Assembly (NCBI GenBank): GCA_903894955.1
Contig: CAITSA010000028.1
Coordinates: 8,495-72,494 of the forward strand
Origin: an uncultured bacterium
GTDB taxonomy: Bacteria; Patescibacteriota; Minisyncoccia; Phycocordibacterales; UBA9973
Direction: 5' to 3'
DNA length: 64,000 nt
The translations under genes were made by a program, and so were the position numbers. Positions within the stretch are counted from its first letter, which is position 1; every line of letters starts with the position of its first letter. This document shows, one piece after another, positions 1-9,209 of the stretch. Below the pieces are notes generated by a model. It did not search any database. It saw only the letters and a program-made list of their open reading frames with translations, and was not told the DNA's origin.

Positions 1-87
1 AAAATGGTCATTTTAAGATCACTAAATTCCCAGAAATTGTTAAAATGATAAAGAAGGATACAAAAGAATTAAATTAATTTAATTATT

Positions 88-624
88 ATGAAAATTGGAA
101 TAGGGTCAAAAAATAAAACGAAGGTAAATGCAGTTGTTGAATTATTGAAAGATTATCCGATGTTCAACGGTGCAGAAATTGAAGGAGTCGATGTAGCAAT
201 CGATGAATTTGGACATCCAAAAAGCTTAAAAGAAACCGTTGAAGGTGCTATAGGTCGCGCCAAGGAAGCTTTTAAAGGTCATGATTATGGCTTTGGAATT
301 GAAGGTGGATTAATGGAAGTTCCCTATTCAAAATCAGGCTATATGGAGGTAGCTGTTTGTGCCATCTTCGATGGCAAAGAAGTGCACCTTGGGCTTTCAG
401 AAGCCTGTGAATGGCCAAAAGAGGTCATAGACGGAATATTAAACAAAGGACTCGATGGTAGCCAAGCCATGAAAAAAGCTGGAATTACGGACCAAGACAA
501 AATCGGTGAACATAAGGGTTTTATCCACATAGTGACCAAAGGACGACTGGACAGAACTGGATACCATAAATCGGCCATCAGAATGGCCCTCATCCACTTA
601 GAAAATCCTGAACATTATAATTAA
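88..624 (+). CDS. yjjX: Non-canonical purine NTP phosphatase (YjjX/inosine-xanthosine triphosphatase family)
   Basis: N-terminal GSKNKTKV, ETVEGAIGRA, GFGIEGG and GRLDR motifs typical of the YjjX family. Confidence 0.8.
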   Translation: MKIGIGSKNKTKVNAVVELLKDYPMFNGAEIEGVDVAIDEFGHPKSLKETVEGAIGRAKEAFKGHDYGFGIEGGLMEVPYSKSGYMEVAVCAIFDGKEVHLGLSEACEWPKEVIDGILNKGLDGSQAMKKAGITDQDKIGEHKGFIHIVTKGRLDRTGYHKSAIRMALIHLENPEHYN

Positions 625-648
625 ATTCAAGACGCTAACACGATAACC

Positions 649-1086
649 TTATATAGCCTTTTCGGGTATTTCTTTGTTAGGGATATTTTTCTTAAAAATA
701 TGAGGAAAAGCCTTTATCATTTTATCCACTGATTCAGTATCTCCCATCATTCGCAGTGCTTCTACAAATAACTGTTTGTCACCCATCTGTCCGTGGTGAT
801 TTTGAGATCCTTCGGGCTTATCGTCCTCCCGCAACGTCACATATAATTTAACTCTTGGATCAAGAATATCTTCTTTTTCTATATTATGTAACTCAATGTT
901 TGCAATTCTTGCAATGTCCTTTGCATGTCCTTTAAATGTTTTATTAAATGTGGTTGCACTCTGGGCTCTTTCAAGGGCACTTTTACAATCTTGCTCATTA
1001 ATAATGCCACCTAGCCTTAGATATTGCTGGTAAGATTCTTCTTCTTTATTATGAGGCATTTCACAAGTATTAAAATTCATATTCAT
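649..1086 (-). CDS. Hypothetical protein
   Basis: 145-aa ORF filling the space between yjjX and pyrG; no recognised motif; start uncertain. Confidence 0.6.
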   Translation of the reverse strand: MNMNFNTCEMPHNKEEESYQQYLRLGGIINEQDCKSALERAQSATTFNKTFKGHAKDIARIANIELHNIEKEDILDPRVKLYVTLREDDKPEGSQNHHGQMGDKQLFVEALRMMGDTESVDKMIKAFPHIFKKNIPNKEIPEKAI

Positions 1087-1115
1087 TTTCCTCGGACATA
1101 GCTCTCAGCCGTAGC

Positions 1116-2759
1116 TTACGAGCGAAGTTTTTTATTTATACAAGCCTTGGTGAAGGTAGTAAAAAGAGGATGTGGAACAAGAGGACGAGATTTAAATTCC
1201 GGATGAAATTGAGTTCCTAAATAAAATGGATGAACAGCTTTAGGTAATTCCGCTATCTCCATCAAAACTCCATTGGGAGACGTACCTGAGAAAACCAACC
1301 CAGCTTTTTCTAATACTGCAATATATTTCGTATTAACTTCATATCGATGACGATGACGTTCAGAAATTTTAGCTTTACTATATGCGCCCTTGGCAATACT
1401 TCCCTCTTTTAAATTGGCTGGATAAGCACCTAAACGCATACTGCCTCCATAATTTTTATTCTTTATTTTTTCAACTTGATCAGCCATCGTAGCGATAACT
1501 GGATCAGGAGTATTTAAATCAAATTCGGTAGAATTAGCCTGCTTTAAATTCAAAACATTCCTCGCATAAGCCAAAGTCATAATCTGCATACCTAAACAAA
1601 GTCCAAAATAAGGAATTTTATTACGTCGAGCGTAATCAGCCGCCAAGATCATGCCTTCTGTCCCACGCTTACCAAAACCTCCTGGTACTATAATACCATC
1701 CAATTCATCTAGCTCGCTTAATTTAGATTGATCCTTTTCATATTTTTCTGTATCAATCCATAAAATCTGGGGCTTATAATTTAGATTCCAAGATGCATGG
1801 TTGATCGATTCAATAACAGAAATGTAAGTATCTTTGCATGATTTTAAATTAAAATATTTTCCTACAATACCAATCCGAACTTCTTTTTTAATTTTTTTAA
1901 TTTTAGATGCCAGAGCAGTCCAATCTGATAAATCTTTATGGCGGGATGGCAAATTCATAGCCTTGAGTAAAACAGTGCCAAAATTTTCTTTTTCAAAATT
2001 AACCGGCACATCATAAATAGAATAAACATCTGGAGCTGAGATTATCCTCTCGATCGGCAAGCTACATACATTGCTAATAGTTCTTTTAATATCTGACGTA
2101 GCAGACTCTTCTGCTCGACAAATAACAAAATCTGGATTTAAACCTACTGAGTAAAGATCCGTAATAGCATGTTGAGTAGGTTTTGATTTTTGTTCACCCA
2201 AGAGAGTCGGTGTCAGTAAATAACTTATTAAAACAATAAAAACATCTTTAGGACTTTTTGATTTCATCATTCTCGCCGCCTCGAGAAAAGGAAGAAGTTG
2301 ATATTCCCCTACCGTCCCACCATATTCTATGATTGTAATTTCTGATTCATTCTTTTTCTGGCAAGCTTCAATGCGCCTGACTATTTCCTTTGGAATATCT
2401 GGATAAACTTCTACGTCTTCACCCCCGTATTCTAAATTTCTTTCTCTTTTGATAACTTCAGCATATACCTGCCCAGTAGTAATATAATTGTCACGTAAGC
2501 TAATTTGGTTTGTAAAACGTTCATAATTGCCAAGATCTTGATCGGCCTCTACTCCATCTTCTCCAACAAAAACTTCCCCATGTTCAGCGGGACGAATAGT
2601 GCCTGCATCGATGTTCACATACATATCGGCTTTCATATTGGCCACCTTGTAACCACGAGACTGTAATATTTTTCCAGTGGAAGAAGCAATAATTCCCTTA
2701 CCCACAGAAGACATAACACCCCCCACTACGAAAATATATTTTGTTTCTTTTTTTTGCAT
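1116..2759 (-). CDS. pyrG: CTP synthase
   Basis: GGVMSSVGKG, HGEVFV, DLGNYERF, KSKPTQH, GLCLGMQ, ERHRHRYEVN, QFHPEF. Confidence 0.97.
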   Translation of the reverse strand: MQKKETKYIFVVGGVMSSVGKGIIASSTGKILQSRGYKVANMKADMYVNIDAGTIRPAEHGEVFVGEDGVEADQDLGNYERFTNQISLRDNYITTGQVYAEVIKRERNLEYGGEDVEVYPDIPKEIVRRIEACQKKNESEITIIEYGGTVGEYQLLPFLEAARMMKSKSPKDVFIVLISYLLTPTLLGEQKSKPTQHAITDLYSVGLNPDFVICRAEESATSDIKRTISNVCSLPIERIISAPDVYSIYDVPVNFEKENFGTVLLKAMNLPSRHKDLSDWTALASKIKKIKKEVRIGIVGKYFNLKSCKDTYISVIESINHASWNLNYKPQILWIDTEKYEKDQSKLSELDELDGIIVPGGFGKRGTEGMILAADYARRNKIPYFGLCLGMQIMTLAYARNVLNLKQANSTEFDLNTPDPVIATMADQVEKIKNKNYGGSMRLGAYPANLKEGSIAKGAYSKAKISERHRHRYEVNTKYIAVLEKAGLVFSGTSPNGVLMEIAELPKAVHPFYLGTQFHPEFKSRPLVPHPLFTTFTKACINKKLRS

Positions 2760-2766
2760 TACTTAT

Positions 2767-3690
2767 TTATTTATTTAAATATTTCCTAACCGCTAAAAAG
2801 CTAGAGATAATACCTAAACCTACGCCTGATAATAAAAGAATGGTGAAAATTTGAAAGAAATTTGAAATATAATAATCATACATATTGATTCCTAGAAAAT
2901 CAGTCATCTTGGCTCCAAACCAAGCCATTGCGGGCCAAAAAAGAATAACAGTAATAAAGGTCGCTACCATACCATAAATTGCACCTTCAATCATGAAAGG
3001 TCCTCGCACATGCATTTTCGAAGCACCCACGAGACGCATTACGCCAATTTCTTCTTTAGAAATAAAAATAGTTAACCGAATGGTGTTTAAAGTAATAATA
3101 ATAGAAAGAATAACAAAAAGTAGTGTTACTAGAAAACCAAGTTTTTGGGCACCGGAAATAATTGCATTTAATTTGTCGATCACGGATTTGTTTTGATAAT
3201 AATTTACTTTATCTATAATCGAAGCAGATCCGATCACTAAGGCATCGTCTGATTTCAAAAAATTCGCAATACTTTCATATTGAGAAACTTCTTTAGCTTT
3301 AACATTAAGATATGCGCCAAGAGGGTTGGTGCCTATTTCGTCCAGAGCTTGAATCGTCGGATAGTCACTAGAGTGACGGTCACGGAAATTTTTCAAGGCT
3401 TCGTCTGCACTAGTATAAGATACAGTGGCTACTTCTGGTAATCTTTCTAAGGAAGATTTTAAGGTCAAAATTTTATCCTCTGGTGCACTGGTAGTAAAAT
3501 AAATAGCCACGTCCACCTTGTCTTTTATTTGATTGAGAGAAAAATGCAAAACTGCTTGTAAAAGAATAATAATAGTAATGACACAGAGAGTGACTGTAAC
3601 CACCAGAACAGCTGCCCAAGAAACCAGTCCACTTCTTTTAAAGTTTAAAAATCCATTTTTTATAATTCTTTTGAATGCGATTAATGCCAT
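2767..3690 (-). CDS. ftsX: Cell division permease FtsX
   Basis: 4-TM topology, NTIRLTI...EEIGVMRLVGA motif, downstream of ftsE. Confidence 0.92.
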   Translation of the reverse strand: MALIAFKRIIKNGFLNFKRSGLVSWAAVLVVTVTLCVITIIILLQAVLHFSLNQIKDKVDVAIYFTTSAPEDKILTLKSSLERLPEVATVSYTSADEALKNFRDRHSSDYPTIQALDEIGTNPLGAYLNVKAKEVSQYESIANFLKSDDALVIGSASIIDKVNYYQNKSVIDKLNAIISGAQKLGFLVTLLFVILSIIITLNTIRLTIFISKEEIGVMRLVGASKMHVRGPFMIEGAIYGMVATFITVILFWPAMAWFGAKMTDFLGINMYDYYISNFFQIFTILLLSGVGLGIISSFLAVRKYLNK

Positions 3691-3693
3691 AAG

Positions 3694-3752
3694 TTAGGTT
3701 CTAGTTTTTAGCTTCTAGGTTCTAGTAACTAATCACTAGTCACTAGCACCTA
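3694..3752. repeat. Degenerate heptamer array (TAGGTTC-like units followed by inverted CACTAG-like units)
   Basis: ttaggttctagtttttagcttctaggttctag...cactagtcactagcacctaa; related arrays at 30096 and 42278. Confidence 0.7.
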
Positions 3753-3766
3753 ATTATAATAGCATA

Positions 3767-4435
3767 TTATTTTCCATGTTTGGAATCTCTTATAATTTTC
3801 CCTTTTTCCATCGTAATCACTCTTTTCCCAATAGATTCAATAACTCCACGATTGTGCGTGGTCAAAATGACAGTCGTACCAAGATCATTTATTTTTTTCA
3901 AAATCTGAACTATCTCATGGGTGTTTACAGGATCCAGATTCCCCGTCGGTTCATCGGCTATGATGAGCTCTGGTTGATTGATGATGGCTCGCGCTATGGC
4001 CAGACGTTGCTGTTCACCCCCAGACATTTGATCGGGAAAATGATAAATTCTATTACTCAAATCAACTAGTTCCAAAACATGTGGAACGTCACTCCTTATC
4101 TCTTCTTCCGTTTTGCCAACAGCTTCCATGGCAAAAGCAATATTCTCATAAGCAGTTTTATTAGCCAGCAATCTATAATCTTGAAAGACAACGCCGATAC
4201 GACGACGCAGTTTAGTTAAATCTTTATTTTTTATTTCATTTACATTGACAGATTCAAAAAAAATCGTGCCGAGCGATGGCATTTCTTCTGCTAGAATCAT
4301 TTTTGTTAAAGTTGTTTTCCCAGCACCGGAATGTCCAACTACAGAGACGAATTCGCCAGTTTCAACCGCAAAAGTAACATCATCTAAGGCCGTGGCGTCC
4401 TTATAAATTTTTGAAACATTATTGAAGTAAATCAC
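3767..4435 (-). CDS. ftsE: Cell division ATP-binding protein FtsE
   Basis: Walker A GHSGAGKT, LRRRIGVVFQDYRLL, SGGEQQR, ADEPTGNLD; GTG start. Confidence 0.95.
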   Translation of the reverse strand: MIYFNNVSKIYKDATALDDVTFAVETGEFVSVVGHSGAGKTTLTKMILAEEMPSLGTIFFESVNVNEIKNKDLTKLRRRIGVVFQDYRLLANKTAYENIAFAMEAVGKTEEEIRSDVPHVLELVDLSNRIYHFPDQMSGGEQQRLAIARAIINQPELIIADEPTGNLDPVNTHEIVQILKKINDLGTTVILTTHNRGVIESIGKRVITMEKGKIIRDSKHGK

Positions 4436-4447
4436 TCCTCTATCTTA

Positions 4448-5356
4448 TCATAAATTCTTCTCAGCTTCAATGAAAATATCTAGCCCACCATTCAAAACTG
4501 CATCAATATTGGAAGTTTCCATGCCCGTCCGGTGATCTTTGACCATTTTATAAGGGTGCAGGACATAAGAACGGATCTGATTCCCCCATTCTATTTCAGT
4601 ATTTTTAGTTAATTTCAGACTTTCTTCCATACTTTCCTTGTCTGCTTCTGCTTTTTTGAAAATTTTTGCTAAAAGAATAGCCATGGCTCTCTCTCGATTT
4701 TGTTCTTGGGAACGTTCATTGGAGGCATGCACAGCTATCCCGGTAGGAATATGCACCAAACGAACTGCCGTTTCCCTTTTGTTTACATTCTGCCCCCCAG
4801 GACCGCCAGAGCGAGAATATTCTATTTTTAAATCAGCGGCCGGTATTACAAAATTCTTTTCTTCAAGTTTAGAAAATTTAGGCAAAACTTCCACCATGGA
4901 AAAAGAAGTGTGCCGTAATTTCTTTGCATCAAAAGGTGAAATTCTCACAAGACGATGGACCCCACTTTCATTCTTTAGTATTCCATAAGGTCCCTGCCTG
5001 CTTGCCAAAGCCTTGCTTTGGCAGATTTCAAAAGAAACATTCCTATATCCATTATGTTCATTTTTATTTTCATGAATAAAAAAAACTTTCCAACCTTTTT
5101 TGTTTATGTATTTTATATACATCGATAAAAGCATCGCTGAAAAATCTTCCGCATCATCCCCTCCTGCTCCAGAAATTATTGTGATGACAGCGTTGCCTTT
5201 GTCATACTTACCTATACCTTCTTTTTTTTCTTTCAATTCTGCTAATTCTTTCAATGTCGCCTGAGCTTTATTTTTATCACTCCAAAAGTCCGGAGTGCTC
5301 ATTTGCTCTTCTAAATTTTTTATTTGCTCATTAATATCATTTGTATCTTTGTCCAT
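4448..5356 (-). CDS. prfB: Peptide chain release factor 2 (short form)
   Basis: SPF recognition motif (VRISPFD), GGQ motif, [10 protein letters not shown]. Confidence 0.93.
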   Translation of the reverse strand: MDKDTNDINEQIKNLEEQMSTPDFWSDKNKAQATLKELAELKEKKEGIGKYDKGNAVITIISGAGGDDAEDFSAMLLSMYIKYINKKGWKVFFIHENKNEHNGYRNVSFEICQSKALASRQGPYGILKNESGVHRLVRISPFDAKKLRHTSFSMVEVLPKFSKLEEKNFVIPAADLKIEYSRSGGPGGQNVNKRETAVRLVHIPTGIAVHASNERSQEQNRERAMAILLAKIFKKAEADKESMEESLKLTKNTEIEWGNQIRSYVLHPYKMVKDHRTGMETSNIDAVLNGGLDIFIEAEKNL

Positions 5357-5366
5357 AATTTTTTAC

Positions 5367-5440
5367 TGGAGCCGAGAATGGGAATCGAACCCATGTTCCT
5401 ACTTTACGAAAGTAGTGTTCTGCCACTGAACTATATCGGC
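5367..5440 (-). tRNA. tRNA-Thr(CGT), CCA encoded
   Basis: Cloverleaf; anticodon arm CTACT-TTCGTAA-AGTAG; T-arm GGTTCGATTCC. Confidence 0.92.
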
Positions 5441-5450
5441 TTATTTTTGG

Positions 5451-5497
5451 TGCTCTACTTCACCCCGCCTTGGCGGGGTAAGCTGAGCTACAACGGC
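5451..5497 (-). pseudogene. 5' fragment of a tRNA-Thr-like gene with a GC-rich palindrome in the D-loop
   Basis: Minus strand GCCGTTGTAGCTCAGC-TTACCCCGCCAAGGCGGGGTGAA-GTAGAGCA; first 12 nt identical to the tRNA at 5587; no anticodon or T arm. Confidence 0.7.
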
Positions 5498-5515
5498 AAT
5501 TAAGGTATCCACAAG

Positions 5516-5587
5516 AGCCGTTGGTGGGGATCGGACCCACGGTCTCGATATTACCAATATCGTGCTTTACCACTAAGCTACAACGGC
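5516..5587 (-). tRNA. tRNA-Thr(GGT)
   Basis: Acceptor stem GCCGTTG/CAACGGC; anticodon arm CGATA-TTGGTAA-TATCG. Confidence 0.92.
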
Positions 5588-5712
5588 ATACCTAAATATA
5601 CTAGTGTATTTTGACTTATTTTGCAAAATAACTAGTACTGAAACAAAATAGACACAACAATCGTATCATAGTTATATAAGGTCGAATTAATAATATTAAT
5701 TTTAAAAAAATC

Positions 5713-6195
5713 ATGACACATAAAATGAAATTCGTTGTCCCTGCTGTAGCCTTGAGCTTATTGCTATCCACTGGAATTGCATTGGCTGATACTACTACTG
5801 GAACAGACACAACCACAGGAGCTACCACCACAGCTACAATAGCTACCAGAAAGGCATGTATCGCAACTGCTAAAACTGCACGTGTGGCTGCTGTTAAAAC
5901 AGCATCTGATACGGCAAAGTCAGCTAAGGCTGATGCAAAAACGACAAAAAGCACTGCTCTCGCTACTGCAAAAACGACTAGAGACGCTGCTCTAGTTGCT
6001 GCAAAAGCCAATACAGACAAAAAAGCAAAAGCTGCTGCTATAAAAGTTGCTAATGTTGCTTATAAAACTGCAATTAAGGCTGCTAATGTTGCTTATAAGG
6101 CATCCATCAAGAGTATTGCAACAACGCAAGCTGCTGCAGTTAAGTCTGCTTGGGCTGATTACGCAACAGCTGTGAAAGCTTGCCCTGCTAAATAA
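5713..6195 (+). CDS. Secreted Ala/Lys/Thr-rich low-complexity protein
   Basis: Signal peptide ending ALA; helical AK-rich repeats; two Cys; followed by a terminator. Confidence 0.75.
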   Translation: MTHKMKFVVPAVALSLLLSTGIALADTTTGTDTTTGATTTATIATRKACIATAKTARVAAVKTASDTAKSAKADAKTTKSTALATAKTTRDAALVAAKANTDKKAKAAAIKVANVAYKTAIKAANVAYKASIKSIATTQAAAVKSAWADYATAVKACPAK

Positions 6196-6216
6196 ATAAT
6201 AAAAAATATTTAGTAT

Positions 6217-6246
6217 AAAAAACACCCCTTAATGGGGTGTTTTTTA
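6217..6246. terminator. Bidirectional intrinsic terminator
   Basis: AAAAAACACCCC-TTAAT-GGGGTGTTTTTT between convergent genes. Confidence 0.85.
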
Positions 6247-6267
6247 TATACTTAAAAATAAATTTTT

Positions 6268-6639
6268 TTAAATTCCCATAAGACGATATGAATTTATCTT
6301 TTTTCCAGTATAAATAACTCCCGCTAAACTTAAAAATGCAGACAAAACAAGCATCGGGGAAATGATTTCAAAAAAGCTTCCCCAAATCGTACTAAAAAAA
6401 GAAAAATCAAAATTAAATACTTCAAAAAAGTCTTGAACCATATCGGTAAATTCTGCATCAATTAATTTAGCATTGATGTGCCAAGCAACTACTATAAAAT
6501 TAAAGGCAAGTAAGAAAAAAACAATCACAAGAACTGGCTGTAATTTTTTATAATTAATCCTTTGCATCACAAACTGATGCATTCCTATTGGAACTTCCAC
6601 TAAGGAAATATTATTTAATTGTTCATCAATATTTTCCAT
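6268..6639 (-). CDS. Membrane protein, probable anti-sigma partner of the adjacent ECF sigma factor
   Basis: Two hydrophobic segments; 5 nt downstream of the ECF sigma gene. Confidence 0.6.
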   Translation of the reverse strand: MENIDEQLNNISLVEVPIGMHQFVMQRINYKKLQPVLVIVFFLLAFNFIVVAWHINAKLIDAEFTDMVQDFFEVFNFDFSFFSTIWGSFFEIISPMLVLSAFLSLAGVIYTGKKINSYRLMGI

Positions 6640-6644
6640 AATTT

Positions 6645-7196
6645 TTAAACTAAATAATTTTTTAATTTATCTTTCAATTGCTCTTTCCCCCTACTAATAT
6701 GTGTTTTAACTGTGTTAATAGGCATATCTAATATCTCTGCTATTTCCTGATATTGAAAGCCTTGTTGGTAATATAATAAAAGAACTTTTTTATATTCTTG
6801 ATTGATTTGTTCTAAGGCTTTATCTACATCAGAAACAAGACCCTCCTGAGGGTAATACGCCTTAAAAGAAAGGATTGTTTCATTGTCCGGATCGAGACTG
6901 ATTTCATTTTTTCTCTTTTTGCTTCGAAGAAAATCATACGCGGCATTCGTAGCAATAGTGAATATCCAAGTTTTAATATTTTTTTCTGGGTCAATAAGTT
7001 TACGATTTTTATAAACTTTTATAAAAGTTTCTTGAGTGACATCTTTTGCATTGGGTGAATTTTTTAATATCCGCAAGCAATAGTTATAAATCGCTTTTTC
7101 ATAAAAAGACAATATGTACTCAAAGGCCTCTAAATCACCTGATTTAGCACGAATTAAAATATTCTTGTCTATATTTTGTGTCTTTTCCATATACAA
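6645..7196 (-). CDS. ECF RNA polymerase sigma factor (sigma-70 family)
   Basis: GDLEAF, DVTQETFIK, WIFTIATN, region 4 YQEIAEILDMPINTVKTHISRG. Confidence 0.93.
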   Translation of the reverse strand: MYMEKTQNIDKNILIRAKSGDLEAFEYILSFYEKAIYNYCLRILKNSPNAKDVTQETFIKVYKNRKLIDPEKNIKTWIFTIATNAAYDFLRSKKRKNEISLDPDNETILSFKAYYPQEGLVSDVDKALEQINQEYKKVLLLYYQQGFQYQEIAEILDMPINTVKTHISRGKEQLKDKLKNYLV

Positions 7197-7230
7197 TAAA
7201 TCCGCAAAACAACCTATAAATTTAATCGTG

Positions 7231-8175
7231 TTATTGGTTAGCTATTTTCTGTTTGAGCTTTTTGTTAAGCGCGACAAATTGTTTTATGCTTAGTCTCTTT
7301 TTACTCCAACCCTCAATTTCAATTTTATCTTTGTTGTCCCTAGGAAGAAGATGAAAATGCGCGTGAAAAACATATTGCATGGCCGCCCTACCATTATTAA
7401 GGAGTACATTATATCCTCCGTGATCACTCTCAAGGACTGCACCGATTTTCTGCACTACCATTAAAAGTTCTTTTAGGATTTTTGGCGGAATCTCGTGAAA
7501 ATAAATATATCTCTTTTTAGGTATTACTAAAATATGTCCATCTTCCTTCGAAGGAATACTAATAGACATGAAAGCCAGAGTATTAGGAGTTTCATAAAGT
7601 CTTATTACAGGAAACCCATTTCTGTGCTCTCTTTTCTTTAATCCTTTAGCAAAATCTTCAAAAAGATATACTCGCTCATTAATATTTTTAAAAAGTTTTG
7701 GAATACTATCATGAATATATTGTATAGTTCTATCAATTTTTCTCTCAACTCCTATTCGATTAGTGTCACAATCTTTCACTTCATCTTGTATATCCCAAAT
7801 AGAACTTTTCTCATCTTTAACTAGTTCGTTGAATAAAATTGCGTGCTGATAATTAAAATTGTTTTTTAAAACATCAACTTGATCTTGGGCCATAGCGATT
7901 ACAAGGTCAAATTTCTTTAATAGCAACTTATTTAATTTATGATGCGCACGATGAAGTTTTTTAACACCAAGAGCATTAAGATCAGCAATAACCTCAGGGT
8001 CAACTTTGTTATTATTTTTTTTCAATCCTGCTGAAAAAACATTCCAACCTTTTATATTGTGTTTATCAAGGTAATGTTTGAGAAGAAATTCGGCAGAAAA
8101 ACTTCTAAAAGTATTCCCGTTGCAAACGAAAAGCACTTTACGAATACTGAGTTTTGTTAATTTTTTTATTTTCAT
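7231..8175 (-). CDS. LMW phosphotyrosine phosphatase/ArsC-like domain fused to a HIT hydrolase domain
   Basis: VLFVCNGNTFRS P-loop, SAG, DLVIAM; C-terminal GHILVIPK...HAHFHLLPR histidine triad. Confidence 0.8.
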   Translation of the reverse strand: MKIKKLTKLSIRKVLFVCNGNTFRSFSAEFLLKHYLDKHNIKGWNVFSAGLKKNNNKVDPEVIADLNALGVKKLHRAHHKLNKLLLKKFDLVIAMAQDQVDVLKNNFNYQHAILFNELVKDEKSSIWDIQDEVKDCDTNRIGVERKIDRTIQYIHDSIPKLFKNINERVYLFEDFAKGLKKREHRNGFPVIRLYETPNTLAFMSISIPSKEDGHILVIPKKRYIYFHEIPPKILKELLMVVQKIGAVLESDHGGYNVLLNNGRAAMQYVFHAHFHLLPRDNKDKIEIEGWSKKRLSIKQFVALNKKLKQKIANQ

Positions 8176-8266
8176 ATTTGTATTATACCAGCTTTTACGT
8201 CAATTTAACCAGTAAAAAGACCTCTGTAAATTAAGGACAAAATGATGTACGATAAGGTAAGCAATA

Positions 8267-8905
8267 TTATTCAACCTTGTCTGTAATTAAAATATACACA
8301 GTTTTGTAAACTAAATACATAAAGATAGTGAAAATTAATACAAATAATGATGAAGTTCCTAGATGAGTAAATCTAGTCGAAACATAAAAAGAATCTTTTA
8401 TTAAATGAAGAGGGTTAACAAAGAGATCCCAGCTATTCCATCGTTCAAATCTTCCAAGGTACACTCCGAAGCTTGAAATAAAACAAATGGCTAAAATAAT
8501 AAGTTCAGAAAATAAATAACTTAGATGAGCTTTTAAATATTGATGAATACGAAAAAGAGAGAGCATACCCAGAAGCAAACCAATCCAACCAAAGAAAAAT
8601 AAAAGCAAACCGTCATACCATAACAATGATGGCAAACTGGAAACTAAATGCCACGCATCTGTTACTATATATGGGGCATTAGGAAAAAATAAAAACCAAA
8701 GAATAAAAATGGGGACAAAAAGATTTATGGACATATTTTTTTTAATAAAACATAAAGAGATTAGATAAGGTATCCAGGCTAAAAAGAGATTCCAGATCAA
8801 ATACAAGAGGTCAGTCGTACCCCACAGATCTAAGCGAGCAATATCAAAAACAATTACCACAACGGATACTACCATGAGTGCTTGGGTTATTTTACTCATT
8901 TTCAT
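8267..8905 (-). CDS. DUF1361-type membrane protein
   Basis: WNLFLAWIP, WFLFFPNAPYIVTD, GVYLGRFERWNSWD. Confidence 0.85.
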   Translation of the reverse strand: MKMSKITQALMVVSVVVIVFDIARLDLWGTTDLLYLIWNLFLAWIPYLISLCFIKKNMSINLFVPIFILWFLFFPNAPYIVTDAWHLVSSLPSLLWYDGLLLFFFGWIGLLLGMLSLFRIHQYLKAHLSYLFSELIILAICFISSFGVYLGRFERWNSWDLFVNPLHLIKDSFYVSTRFTHLGTSSLFVLIFTIFMYLVYKTVYILITDKVE

Positions 8906-8972
8906 ACTTATATTGTACCAATTTTTTGAATTGATTGAAATAATATATTTCTAAGATATTATTTAGTTCTTG

Positions 8973-9046
8973 CGCGATCGACCGGACTTGAACCGGCAAC
9001 CTCTTCCGTGACAGGGAAGCGCTCTAACCAGTTGAGCTACGACCGC
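8973..9046 (-). tRNA. tRNA-Asp(GTC)
   Basis: Anticodon arm CTTCC-CTGTCAC-GGAAG; G discriminator. Confidence 0.93.
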
Positions 9047-9095
9047 AATATTGCCATTATACATTAAATCGTATAATTTCAAAGAGTCTTTTTTG

Positions 9096-9169
9096 TGCCG
9101 ACGCCAAGAGTTGCACTTGGGACCTTCTCTTTATGAGTGAGATGCTCTAACTACCTGAGCTACGTCGGC
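9096..9169 (-). tRNA. tRNA with CAT anticodon (elongator Met or Ile2)
   Basis: Paired GCCGACG/CGTCGGC acceptor stem; loop CTCATAA; atypical T-loop TGCAACT. Confidence 0.85.
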
Positions 9170-9209
9170 ATAATAATAAATATAACAGAAAACTTATAAA
9201 AATAAAAGC

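Noticed and set aside
5616-6225. Minus-strand ORFs 5616-6020 and 5992-6225
   Set aside because: Antisense shadows of the Ala/Lys-rich secreted protein.
8200-8266. Possible remnant of a membrane-protein gene after DUF1361
   Set aside because: About 20 hydrophobic codons are too few to assign.
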